A DNA stretch of 64,000 nucleotides from Alphaproteobacteria bacterium. GTDB lineage: Bacteria; Pseudomonadota; Alphaproteobacteria; CBDBCS01. Both the position numbers and the translations under genes were made by a program. Under the pieces are notes generated by a model, which saw nothing but the letters and a program-made list of their open reading frames with translations, did no database searches and was not told the origin of the DNA. Positions 38,707 through 46,908 of the stretch are shown here, in pieces. How positions within the stretch are numbered: the stretch's first letter is position 1; each line of letters begins with the position of its first letter. The stretch is taken from positions 1,378,394 through 1,442,393 of the forward strand of contig CBDBCS010000006.1 in NCBI GenBank assembly GCA_965203415.1, in the 5' to 3' direction.

Positions 38707-40299
38707 CTAGGACGTTTTAATGACTTCGGCTGCCTCGAGCCACAAATCAGCACCGGTTTCAATGTTGGTTACGATCAAGGTGAGTGTGTAGACAATCTGC
38801 AGGCCGCCACTCTCGAGCGTGCGTATATCGTCGGCGATGGAGCCGTGGAGCATATATTGAGCTCCGAGCGTTCGCCCGACCTGAGCGGCACTCTCGGCGT
38901 CCACCAGGTCGCCCAGTGTTTGTTCTTGAAGCAGGGTCTCTAGGTGGTCTCGCCTCACGAGTTCAAAGAGGCGCTCTCGATTCAGGCGAACTCGAACCAA
39001 ATTATGGATGAGTTGCGTGTCAATGTTTGCTCCCGACCGGTTCTCGATGGAGGCGATCAGTAAAGTCGGTTTGGTACCGCCGAGGTCCTCTTTGAGACCG
39101 AGGTCGGTGCCCATGTTTTTAATCACGTCGTCGGCAAGTTTTTGGAAATCTCGGACACCGAAGCTCGCTGCGAGAGCTGCCTCAAGGGCCTCACGTTCCT
39201 CCTGTGTCAGACTTGCCTCACGTGTCTCAGGTGCCTCACGTGTCTCACGTGTCAGACTTGCCTCACGTGTCAGACTTGCCTCACGTGGTGTCTCACGTTC
39301 CTCATAACGCCCCTCCTCTTCGCGGACTTTGTCAAGCAGATTTCCGCCGCGCACCAAAAACAGATGTCCGAACGCCTCCTCAATCTGCTTACAAGCGTAC
39401 TCTAAGCTGTAGTATAAGTCTTCTGTGTGCGAGCGGTCAGCATCCCGGGCTTCGCTCCGGTACAAGATACACCCACTACTCAAACCACGTTCCAGGTGTT
39501 TTCTGACTCTTGTGACCGTACGTTCGCCGCCTCTATCACAAGCGTAATAGAATATGTCGTATAGGATTATTGCGTACGAGTCCGCGGGGGACGCCTCGTA
39601 TTTGTAATAGTACGAGTCACACGGATCATAATTTTCTCGAAGACAAGCTTTCCATAAGTTGAATTGTCGTTCTTTTGCGTCGCCCTTCCGGGGGGCAGAC
39701 TCCCGTTTGCGGTAGTCCGAGAGACACGCGCCACTTTCGCGGATTTCCTCGGCCAGATTTTCGCCGCCTTCAACACAAGCGGAGAATAATGCTGCGTATA
39801 GCATTTGTGCGTCCGAGCCCGAGGGGGCATTCCGGGCAGCATTCCAGTATTTGCGGTAGTACGAGATACACGCGCCACTTTGGCGGATTTCCTCGGCCCG
39901 ATTGACGCCGAACCAAGAACAAGCGTAGAATAATGCTGAGTATAGGATTGTTTCGTCCGAGCGTGCATTCCAGGATTTGCGGAAGTACGAGATACACGCG
40001 CCACTTTGGCGGATTTCCTCGGCCCGATTGACGCCGAACCAAGAACAAGCGTGATATAATGCCCAGTATAGGTGGTATTCGTCCGAGTCCGAGGGGGACG
40101 CACGGTATCTGTCCCAGTACGAGTCACACGCATCCTCACGAGCACTCCCAACGCTCGGCGTGACGCCAACGAGAGCGAGCACGAAAACCGCCGCTAAAAA
40201 ACGGACATGCCGACCCGCAAAAAGAGCGAACACAGGGGCCAACAATTCAGACAAGCCTGTGTATCGGCTAGCGTATCGGTCAGAGTCTGTTTTTCTCAT
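38707..40299 (-). CDS. LpoB/FlgO-fold array member 5 (about 5 degenerate two-Cys repeats plus a REASLT tandem)
   Basis: 530 aa from 'MRKTDSDRYASRYTGLSELLAPVFALFAGRHVRFLAAVFVLALVG'. The repeats have the form '..LY.AL(F/Y).AC.(W/E)(F/G)G(V/E)N(R/L)AEEIR(Q/E)SGAC(I/L)S(Y/D)(F/Y)RK'. The C-terminal domain is 'PTLLIASIENRSGANIDTQLIHNLVRVRL...GAQYMLHGSIA'. Confidence 0.8.
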   Translation of the reverse strand: MRKTDSDRYASRYTGLSELLAPVFALFAGRHVRFLAAVFVLALVGVTPSVGSAREDACDSYWDRYRASPSDSDEYHLYWALYHACSWFGVNRAEEIRQSGACISYFRKSWNARSDETILYSALFYACSWFGVNRAEEIRQSGACISYYRKYWNAARNAPSGSDAQMLYAALFSACVEGGENLAEEIRESGACLSDYRKRESAPRKGDAKERQFNLWKACLRENYDPCDSYYYKYEASPADSYAIILYDIFYYACDRGGERTVTRVRKHLERGLSSGCILYRSEARDADRSHTEDLYYSLEYACKQIEEAFGHLFLVRGGNLLDKVREEEGRYEERETPREASLTREASLTRETREAPETREASLTQEEREALEAALAASFGVRDFQKLADDVIKNMGTDLGLKEDLGGTKPTLLIASIENRSGANIDTQLIHNLVRVRLNRERLFELVRRDHLETLLQEQTLGDLVDAESAAQVGRTLGAQYMLHGSIADDIRTLESGGLQIVYTLTLIVTNIETGADLWLEAAEVIKTS

Positions 40300-40528
40300 G
40301 TGAGCTCCCTTCGAGACACGCCCCTCGCAAGAGAAATAGGCCGAGTTTCCCCTTTCTCTTCCTATACACCCAGGCCTGCGGCCTCGGGCTCCGGGTCTGG
40401 GGCCGGCCCCGGGGCCGACCATGCCAGAAGAAGCGGCCTCGTTGGCAACAGCTCGCCCCCGGGGGCCCCTCGCCCGGGGCACCCCGGGGCCACCCCGGGG
40501 CCGGGGAACCCCAGGGGGAACTCTCGGC

Positions 40529-41191
40529 CTAAAAGAGCCCCCGCGAGGACGTTTTACTGACCTCGGCTTCATCGACCCAATAGTCGATGCCGGTCTCGAG
40601 TTCGGTCAAGGTCAAGACGACTTTGTAGAAAATCTGTTGGTCGCCACTCTCGCGCGTCCGGATATTCGCGATGGACCCGTGCAAGAGATATTGAGCCCCA
40701 ACCAACCGCCCGATCTGGCTGGCACTATCGGGGTCCGCGAGACCGCTTTCGCCCAATTGCTGCTCTTCGAGCAGGGTCTCCAGGTGGTTCCGGTTCACAA
40801 AGGTGAAGAGGCGAGCTCGATTCAGGCGGACTCGAATCGAGTCATTGATGAGCTGCGTGTCAATGTGCTCATCCGACCGATTCACCACAGGCGAGATCAG
40901 TAAAGTCGGCCTGAGATCGCCCAGATCCTCTTTGAGACCGCGGTTGGTGACCATGGCCTCGACCATATCGTCGACGATTTTCCGGAAATCTCGGACGCCG
41001 AAGCTCGTGGTGAGCGCTTCCTCGCCCGCCTGGTTTTCGCGGACGCCGCCACAGCTGCCTAGAGTCGTCGCTAGGAGGACGGCTCCTAAGAAACAGGCCG
41101 AGCGCCTCGTGAAACGACTCGCGAAACGACCCGCGAAAAGAGCGAGCCCAGTGGCGAAAAATTCAGACAATTCAAGGTATTTTTTTCTCAT
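40529..41191 (-). CDS. LpoB/FlgO-fold lipoprotein, array member 6 (minimal form, no central repeats)
   Basis: 220 aa from 'MRKKYLELSEFFATGLALFAG...LLATTLGSC', with a lipobox. This is directly followed by the family C-terminal domain 'FGVRDFRKIVDDMVEAM...PTLLISPVVNRSDEHIDTQLINDSIRVRL...GAQYLLHGSIA'. Confidence 0.8.
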   Translation of the reverse strand: MRKKYLELSEFFATGLALFAGRFASRFTRRSACFLGAVLLATTLGSCGGVRENQAGEEALTTSFGVRDFRKIVDDMVEAMVTNRGLKEDLGDLRPTLLISPVVNRSDEHIDTQLINDSIRVRLNRARLFTFVNRNHLETLLEEQQLGESGLADPDSASQIGRLVGAQYLLHGSIANIRTRESGDQQIFYKVVLTLTELETGIDYWVDEAEVSKTSSRGLF

Positions 41192-41342
41192 TTCCTTCTC
41201 CATTTGACTAAAGGGTTAGTTTATCCCAAAAAACGGCCTTCTCGGGAGCCCCGGGACACCCGGGACGACCCGCGACCAAGCCCGGGAGTTTCGCCGCCTC
41301 GAGGCGGCCCCGGAAGAGGTCTTCGGCCATTTCTCTGCCTCT

Positions 41343-41370
41343 ACCCTAGCACCAATTTTTGATTTTGCAA
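41343..41370 (-). promoter_or_regulatory. Sigma70-like promoter upstream of array member 6 (TTGCAA-16-TAGGGT)
   Basis: The minus strand reads tTTGCAAaatcaaaaattggtgcTAGGGTa. Twenty-two consecutive nt are identical to the copy at 35690-35717. Confidence 0.45.
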
Positions 41371-41525
41371 GAATCTCCGCCGGGCCCGAGACCCAAACTG
41401 CCGTCTCTGCCTCGGCTGCCGCCTCCTCCGGGGAGCCTCCTGCGTGGTGTGTCGAGGCCTGGCGGCTCCGTCAGAGCCGGAGCAGACCCAGAGCCGGCCC
41501 GCTCCACGGGGCCGCAGGAGCGGCG

Positions 41526-42491
41526 TTACTTACGGACTTGGGCTGCTTTTTCAAAAAAGTTAGAACCTTGAGTTTCAAGCTCGATTAAGGTCAAAAAGAC
41601 TCTGCAGTTCGTTCGATCACCGGCGACGGTGCCGTGGAGCACATATTGGACTCCGACTATTCGCCCGATCTCGGTCGCCGTATCGGAGTCCACGACCCCG
41701 CTTTGGGGCTGTTGTATTTTTTGAAGGATTTTCTTTACATTCCGGCTTGAAACTTTAAAAAAGCGCAAATCGCTCACGAGAATCCGAATCGACTCATTGA
41801 TGAGTTGCGTGTCAATGTCTTCCCCCACGCGACTCTCTATGGGAACGATCACTAAAGCCGGTTCGGCATCCTCGCCGAGCTTTTGTTTCAAGTTCGCCGC
41901 CATGTTGATGATGACGGTCTCTAAAGCGAAGGTCGGTGCGACCGTTTCCTGCTCCCGGGCCGGATTTTTTTCGCGAAGACAATTTTCCAATAAGTTGAGT
42001 TGTCGACGTTCTTCGTCCGAGTTCTCGGAGGCGTCCCAGAATTTGCGGTGGTATGAGAGACACGCCTCAGTTTCTTGGATTTCCTCGGCCAGGTTTTCGC
42101 CGCCCTCAAGACAAGCCCACCATAATGCGTTGTATCGGATTTCTTTGTCCGAGCCCGAGGGGGCCTCCCAGAATTTGCGGTGGTATGAGAGACACGCCCC
42201 ACTTTTTTTGTCGATTTCCTTGAGCCGCTTTTCGCCGCGGCCGAGCCCAGCACAAAGCTTCCGGGATTTGTATTCTCGGCCTTCTTCGTCCGAGTCAGTG
42301 GATTTGTACGAGAAACAGGCCTCAAGAGGACTAGGAATAGGAACAGGAACAAGAACAGGAATACAAGAGCTCAGCGTGACGCCAACGAGAGCCGTCGCCA
42401 GAACGGCCGCCAAAAAACGGACACGCCGACTCGCCAAAAGAGCGAGCCCGAGTGCCAAAAGTGTAGACAATCCGATGGTTGTTGTTCTCAT
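41526..42491 (-). CDS. LpoB/FlgO-fold lipoprotein, array member 7 (about 2.5 two-Cys repeats)
   Basis: 321 aa. The leader 'MRTTTIGLSTLLALGLALLASRRVRFLAAVLATALVGVTLSSC' carries a lipobox. The repeats include 'GACLSYHRKFWEAPSGSDKEIRYNALWWACLEGGENLAEEIQETEACLSYHRKFW'. The C-terminal domain is 'PALVIVPIESRVGEDIDTQLINESIRI...GVQYVLHGTVA'. Confidence 0.8.
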   Translation of the reverse strand: MRTTTIGLSTLLALGLALLASRRVRFLAAVLATALVGVTLSSCIPVLVPVPIPSPLEACFSYKSTDSDEEGREYKSRKLCAGLGRGEKRLKEIDKKSGACLSYHRKFWEAPSGSDKEIRYNALWWACLEGGENLAEEIQETEACLSYHRKFWDASENSDEERRQLNLLENCLREKNPAREQETVAPTFALETVIINMAANLKQKLGEDAEPALVIVPIESRVGEDIDTQLINESIRILVSDLRFFKVSSRNVKKILQKIQQPQSGVVDSDTATEIGRIVGVQYVLHGTVAGDRTNCRVFLTLIELETQGSNFFEKAAQVRK

Positions 42492-42543
42492 TTCTTTCTC
42501 CGTCTAGCTTCTGATAGGAAAAGGTGGAGGCCGCAGGAGGACG

Positions 42544-43650
42544 CTACTTACGGACTCGGGCTGCGTCGACAAACACCTCAACACCGGTTTCAGTCTCGAT
42601 TAAGGCCAAGACGACTCTGTAGTGCGTTTGCTGATTGTCATTTATGTTGGCGACGGTGCCGTAGAGTACATATTGAGCGCCGATCAAGCGTCCGATCTCG
42701 ACCGCCGTGTCAGAGTCCGCGAGATCGCTTTGGGCCAGTTGTAGTTCTTTCAGGATGGTCTCCAGATTCCGGCTCACAATTGTAAAAAAGGGCACCTTGC
42801 TCAGGCGATTCCGAATCGACTCATTGATGAGTTGCGTGTCAATGTCTTCACCCACACGCTTATCGATGGGAACGATCAGTAAAGTCGGTCTGGCATTCTG
42901 GCCGAGCTCCTCTTTCAAGGCCTCCACCATGTCGTCGACGATGGTCTCGAAAGCCTGGACGCCGAAGCTCGCGGCGACCGTTTCCTGCCTACGGGCCGGA
43001 CTTATTTCGCGAACACAAGCTTTCCATAAGTTGAGTGGTCGAACTACCTCGTCATTGCCCCGGAAGGCCTTCCAGTATTTGCGGAAGTCCGAGAGACACG
43101 CCCCAGTTTCGCGGATTTCCTCGGCCAGGTTTTCGCCGCCCAGAACACAAGCGGTGAATAATCCGTAGGGTAGGATTTCTTCGTCCCCGGGGGCCTTCCA
43201 CCCTTTGCGGAAGTCCGAGAGACACGCCCCAGTTTCGTGGATTTCCTCGGCCCGATTTTCGCCGCCCAGAACACAAGCGGTGAATAATCCGAAGTATCGG
43301 ATTTCTTCGTCCGAGTCCGAGGGGGCCTTCCAGTATTTGCGGAAGTCCGAGAGACACGCCCTAGTTTCGTGGATTTCCTCGGCCCGATTGACGCCGCCCC
43401 AAGCACAAGCGTTCCATAATGCGGCGTATAGGATTCTTTCGTCCGAGCCCGAGGGGGCCGCCTGGTGTTTTTCACCATACAAGTCACACACATCATTAGC
43501 ACGAGCACTACCAACGCTCAGCGCGCCGACGACGAGAGCGGTTGCCAGAACAGCCGCCCAAAAACGGACACGCCGACTCGCCAAGAGTGCGCCTCCGAGC
43601 GCGACGCCGCGTGCCAAAAATTCAGACAATCCGATGGTTATGTTTCTCAT
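42544..43650 (-). CDS. LpoB/FlgO-fold secreted protein, array member 8 (about 3.5 two-Cys repeats)
   Basis: 368 aa. The leader is 'MRNITIGLSEFLARGVALGGALLASRRVRFWAAVLATALVVGALSVGSARA'. It has three clear repeats and the C-terminal domain 'PTLLIVPIDKRVGEDIDTQLINESIRNRL...GAQYVLYGTVA...LALIETETG'. Confidence 0.8.
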   Translation of the reverse strand: MRNITIGLSEFLARGVALGGALLASRRVRFWAAVLATALVVGALSVGSARANDVCDLYGEKHQAAPSGSDERILYAALWNACAWGGVNRAEEIHETRACLSDFRKYWKAPSDSDEEIRYFGLFTACVLGGENRAEEIHETGACLSDFRKGWKAPGDEEILPYGLFTACVLGGENLAEEIRETGACLSDFRKYWKAFRGNDEVVRPLNLWKACVREISPARRQETVAASFGVQAFETIVDDMVEALKEELGQNARPTLLIVPIDKRVGEDIDTQLINESIRNRLSKVPFFTIVSRNLETILKELQLAQSDLADSDTAVEIGRLIGAQYVLYGTVANINDNQQTHYRVVLALIETETGVEVFVDAARVRK

Positions 43651-43862
43651 TTGTTCTCTCCGTCTAGCTGGGTGATATGAAAAGAGGTGGTCTTATCCCA
43701 AAAAGGTCCTTTCGGGCGTTCTGGGGCATCTCAAAGTGTATAAAAGAAAGAGCACAAAATTGGAGCGCACAAAGATTCCTCCCGGGGCCACCCGGGACAT
43801 CCGGAACCAAGACTGGAAGCCTCGCCGGAGCCGGAGCCGATCTTTTTCAAATTTTCGACCAT

Positions 43863-43890
43863 AATCTAGCATCTTTTTTTGATTTTTCAA
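43863..43890 (-). promoter_or_regulatory. Sigma70-like promoter upstream of array member 8 (TTGAAA-16-TAGATT)
   Basis: The minus strand reads cTTGAAAaatcaaaaaaagatgcTAGATTa. It is a diverged copy of the motif at 35690 and 41343, about 205 nt upstream of the start codon. Confidence 0.4.
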
Positions 43891-43964
43891 GAAATTTCGC
43901 CGGGGCCCGAGAACTCCAAAACAGCCGCCGCCCGCCACCTCCTCCCCGGCCCAGAGTCTGTTCG

Positions 43965-45579
43965 TCAGACGGTGCGCCCTAACCATTGCCACTCGAGCGG
44001 CGTAACACGCCGGTCATAATCTTGGGCCTCGGCGCGTTTGACCTCGGTTAGGACATGGTGAAATTCCGCGTTGAGAAACTTTCTCGCACTCGAGCTTTGC
44101 TCGAAGAGGGTGACAGCCTGACTCAGGTGGAGCGGGAAAGCACGCCGCCCGCCCGAAGCACGAGACGGCCGCCTCGAAGCCACGGGCCCCGTCAGAACCG
44201 GCGGTGGCAACACCGGCGAGCCCGCCTCTGGCCCGGCCTCCGCCCCGGCCTCCGCCCCGGCCTCCGCCGCCCCGGCCTCCGCCGCCCCGGCCTCTGTCTC
44301 CGACAGGCCCGTCAGCATCCCCAGCACCACCCCAATCAGAGCATTATACGGATTGGTGTCGGCGCCGGGCACTCGGAATTCCAGCCTCGCGTCGCCGCCC
44401 GCCGTGCGAGGAACCCGAACCGCCACAAAACGATTGTCAAACCCGTAATCGGCACACACAGGGGCAAAATTGAGCGGGTCCAGAAAACGCTTATAGGCGT
44501 TGCTATTGTGCGCGAAAAGCAGAAAGTTCTCGCCCATGGTCTCCAGCAAGCCCCAAAGAGCGCGCCGCATCGCGAGGGGCAAGGCGTCTCGACGCCACCC
44601 CTGCATGAGATTGTGTCTCGTTTTCTTGTCCCAGAGGCTGACGTGGATATGCAGGCCGTTGCCGCTCCACAGGTGGTGCGGTTTGGCCATAAAACAGGCG
44701 AGGAAACCGTGTTGTCTCGCGATGTGTTTGATCATCCGCTTCATCAAGAGCGTCTCGTCCCCAAGCCGACACAAATCGCCATGGTGCCAGAGATTCGCCT
44801 CGAACTGGCCGGTGGAGGATTCTTTGGACAGCCCAGACAGAGGCAACGCCAGGTTCTTCGCTTCTTTCTGAAGGCGCTCCAGGAACGGGCGATAGTCCTG
44901 CATGGCCGCGTCGGCTAAGAGGTGCTCTGTGTCGTCCGGTGCGTTCGACGAAGGATTGTGCGCATAAGCCGGCAAGCCTCCTGGCTGGTCTGCGGCCTGG
45001 ACTAGTGTGAATTCCAACTCGCAGCTGCATTGGAGTTCGTAACCCAGGTCTCCCAGGCGCGCCACCAGCCGAGCCAGCTGGCCGCGGGCGTCTCCGGCGT
45101 ATGCGCGGCCCTGTGACGGGAAGCTCGGGCGTCGCCTCTGCCGGCGCCGTCTCCGCCAGAGGGTCCCCCAGAGGGTCTAGAGAGGACTCACACATTTGCA
45201 CCAGGACACAAGCCGTCTCGGGCGTATCCGTGTAAACCCCCAGCGTGCCAGGGAGCGGAAAACAATAGAGATCCGGTTCTCCCGCTTGAACGACCCTGCC
45301 GGTTCCGGGCAGATTCACGCCATGCGAGCACAGCATCACCGTAGAGCGCGGGAAAAAGACGCCGTGCTCTGAAAAAAGAGAAGCCGCCTTCGAGACGTCC
45401 ACCGTCTTACTGCGCAGAATCCCGCTCAGATCGGGCAGCAGCAGGTCAAGCTGTTGAAGGCCAGGATGAGCTCGGCGAAACTTTTCCCACGGCTCGCGCA
45501 TGGCCCCCGGCATGGCCCCCGGCGAGGCAGCAGCAGCAGCAGCGGCGGACAGACTGGAGGCAGAATGTGACGGACTCAT
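43965..45579 (-). pseudogene. Glutamine synthetase family protein (GlnA/PuuA-like), apparent frameshift
   Basis: The N-terminal beta-grasp domain is in one frame (45579 down to about 45110). The catalytic domain ('CSCELEFTLV...FMAKPHHLWSGNGLHIHVSLWD...') is in another frame (about 45150 down to 43965), and that second frame is closed by TAG at 45177-45179. There is also an (EAGA)n insert. Confidence 0.6.
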
Positions 45580-46757
45580 TGTGTGGCTTTCTCTCTTATG
45601 TCTTGTGTTTTTTGGATTTTTTCGTTGCAGTTCCCCATGTTGGCCTCCATCGCCCTGCTTCCTCGAGTGAACTCGCCGCGTGAAACGTATACATCACTTC
45701 CACGTGAAGCGAAAGAAAAGCACTGGACAAACATTTGATAATGCAGAAAGATGTGACTATAACAAAAGTGCAACCTAACAAATGGAGCGGAGGCACAGAG
45801 GTAGACACCAGCTCATGAAACACCGTCTTTCTTGTTTTTTTCGGACACGCTCGAGAGCGGATTTTCCCGTCGGCAAAGCGTCCCACGACATGCTCCGGGA
45901 CACGCCCCGGGATATGCTCCGGGACGTGCTGTCTCGCGGCCTCTGGCACGGATTCTGGGTTAGGTTTCCAGCCTGTTTCTGGTCTGTCTCTTTTCGGTTT
46001 TTTGCCGGCGGCCTTCCGTTCGTCGGCTGCCCGTTTCTTCCCGGTCTTTTACAACACGTTTCCCGGTTGTCTCGGTTCTCCCGGGGCGTCGTCGCCCGCG
46101 AGGGCCGCCGGCTCTGGAACGGCCGGGGAACGGGAAGACAATCACACGCCGCCCGCACGGGTGTGCTCACAGCAACGAAGGGGTCCTGTGGCCCCTGTGG
46201 CCTTTGTGGTGTGGCGGCAATTCAGTCAATCCCAGGCAAGCGTCCCCGGAACGATTTTGCCTGCGTCTCCTCCCGAGAGCGGGGGCCCTGGTGCTCATAA
46301 CCAGCCAGGGTCGCAGGTCTCGCAGGGGGAGCGGCGTCTCGTCAAGAGATGCCAGCATGCGTTCCGGGGCCCGCGAAGCCAGTCTGGATGCGGGTGGGGC
46401 TCTCGTTTTTCGTCTCCTTCCACGAGACCCCCGCTCTACGGACTGCGCCCTGTCTGACAGAGGTGTGCTGGGAGTCCCTCGTTCGTTTCGTGTCGAGGGT
46501 TCCCGGGCACACCTAACCGGTCCTTCTCCGACCTGGACATCGGAGGGGGACAGGAGTCAGACAGCCCGTCCGTAGTCCAGAGGCCGCCCCGCTAAAGGGG
46601 CGGCGGGATTGAGCCCAGTCGGTGGAGCCCTCCGAGGGATAATCTTCTCGGTCTTCTCGGAGGTCTCTGCCGCAGCTGAGGCGGCCCCGGTGACCTGGCC
46701 CGGTGACCTGGTGAGCCTTAACGGCCCCAGCACACCGTAGTGCACTATAGAACGTCT

Positions 46758-46769
46758 GTGCTATAGCAC
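46758..46769 (+). promoter_or_regulatory. Perfect 12-bp palindrome GTGCTATAGCAC containing an extended -10-like TGcTATAGC, upstream of mod
   Basis: The sequence reads directly. A second perfect palindrome, TAGTGCACTA, lies at 46738-46747. Both are 140-170 nt upstream of the mod ATG. Confidence 0.3.
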
Positions 46770-46908
46770 ATGACGCCAGAATACGCAAGAGAGAGTCGAA
46801 AATTGAGGGCCTCGAGAGTCGAGGAGTCGGTGCCTTGAAAAGTCGGGGCCTTGACAAGCCAGCTTCCCTCGATTTAAGGCCCATTTTTTCGTCGCCCGCT
46901 TTTCGTTT

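Noticed and set aside
45580-46908. tRNA, tmRNA, SRP or 6S RNA genes, or protein genes (ORFs 45782..46300, 45775..46170, 46513..46884), in the 1.3 kb upstream of mod.
   Set aside because: No T-loop (GGTTCGA-type) or acceptor features, no tmRNA tag, and no SRP 'GGAAGCAGCC' core were seen. The ORFs overlap each other in several frames and translate to Arg/Pro/Ser-rich sequences unlike real proteins.
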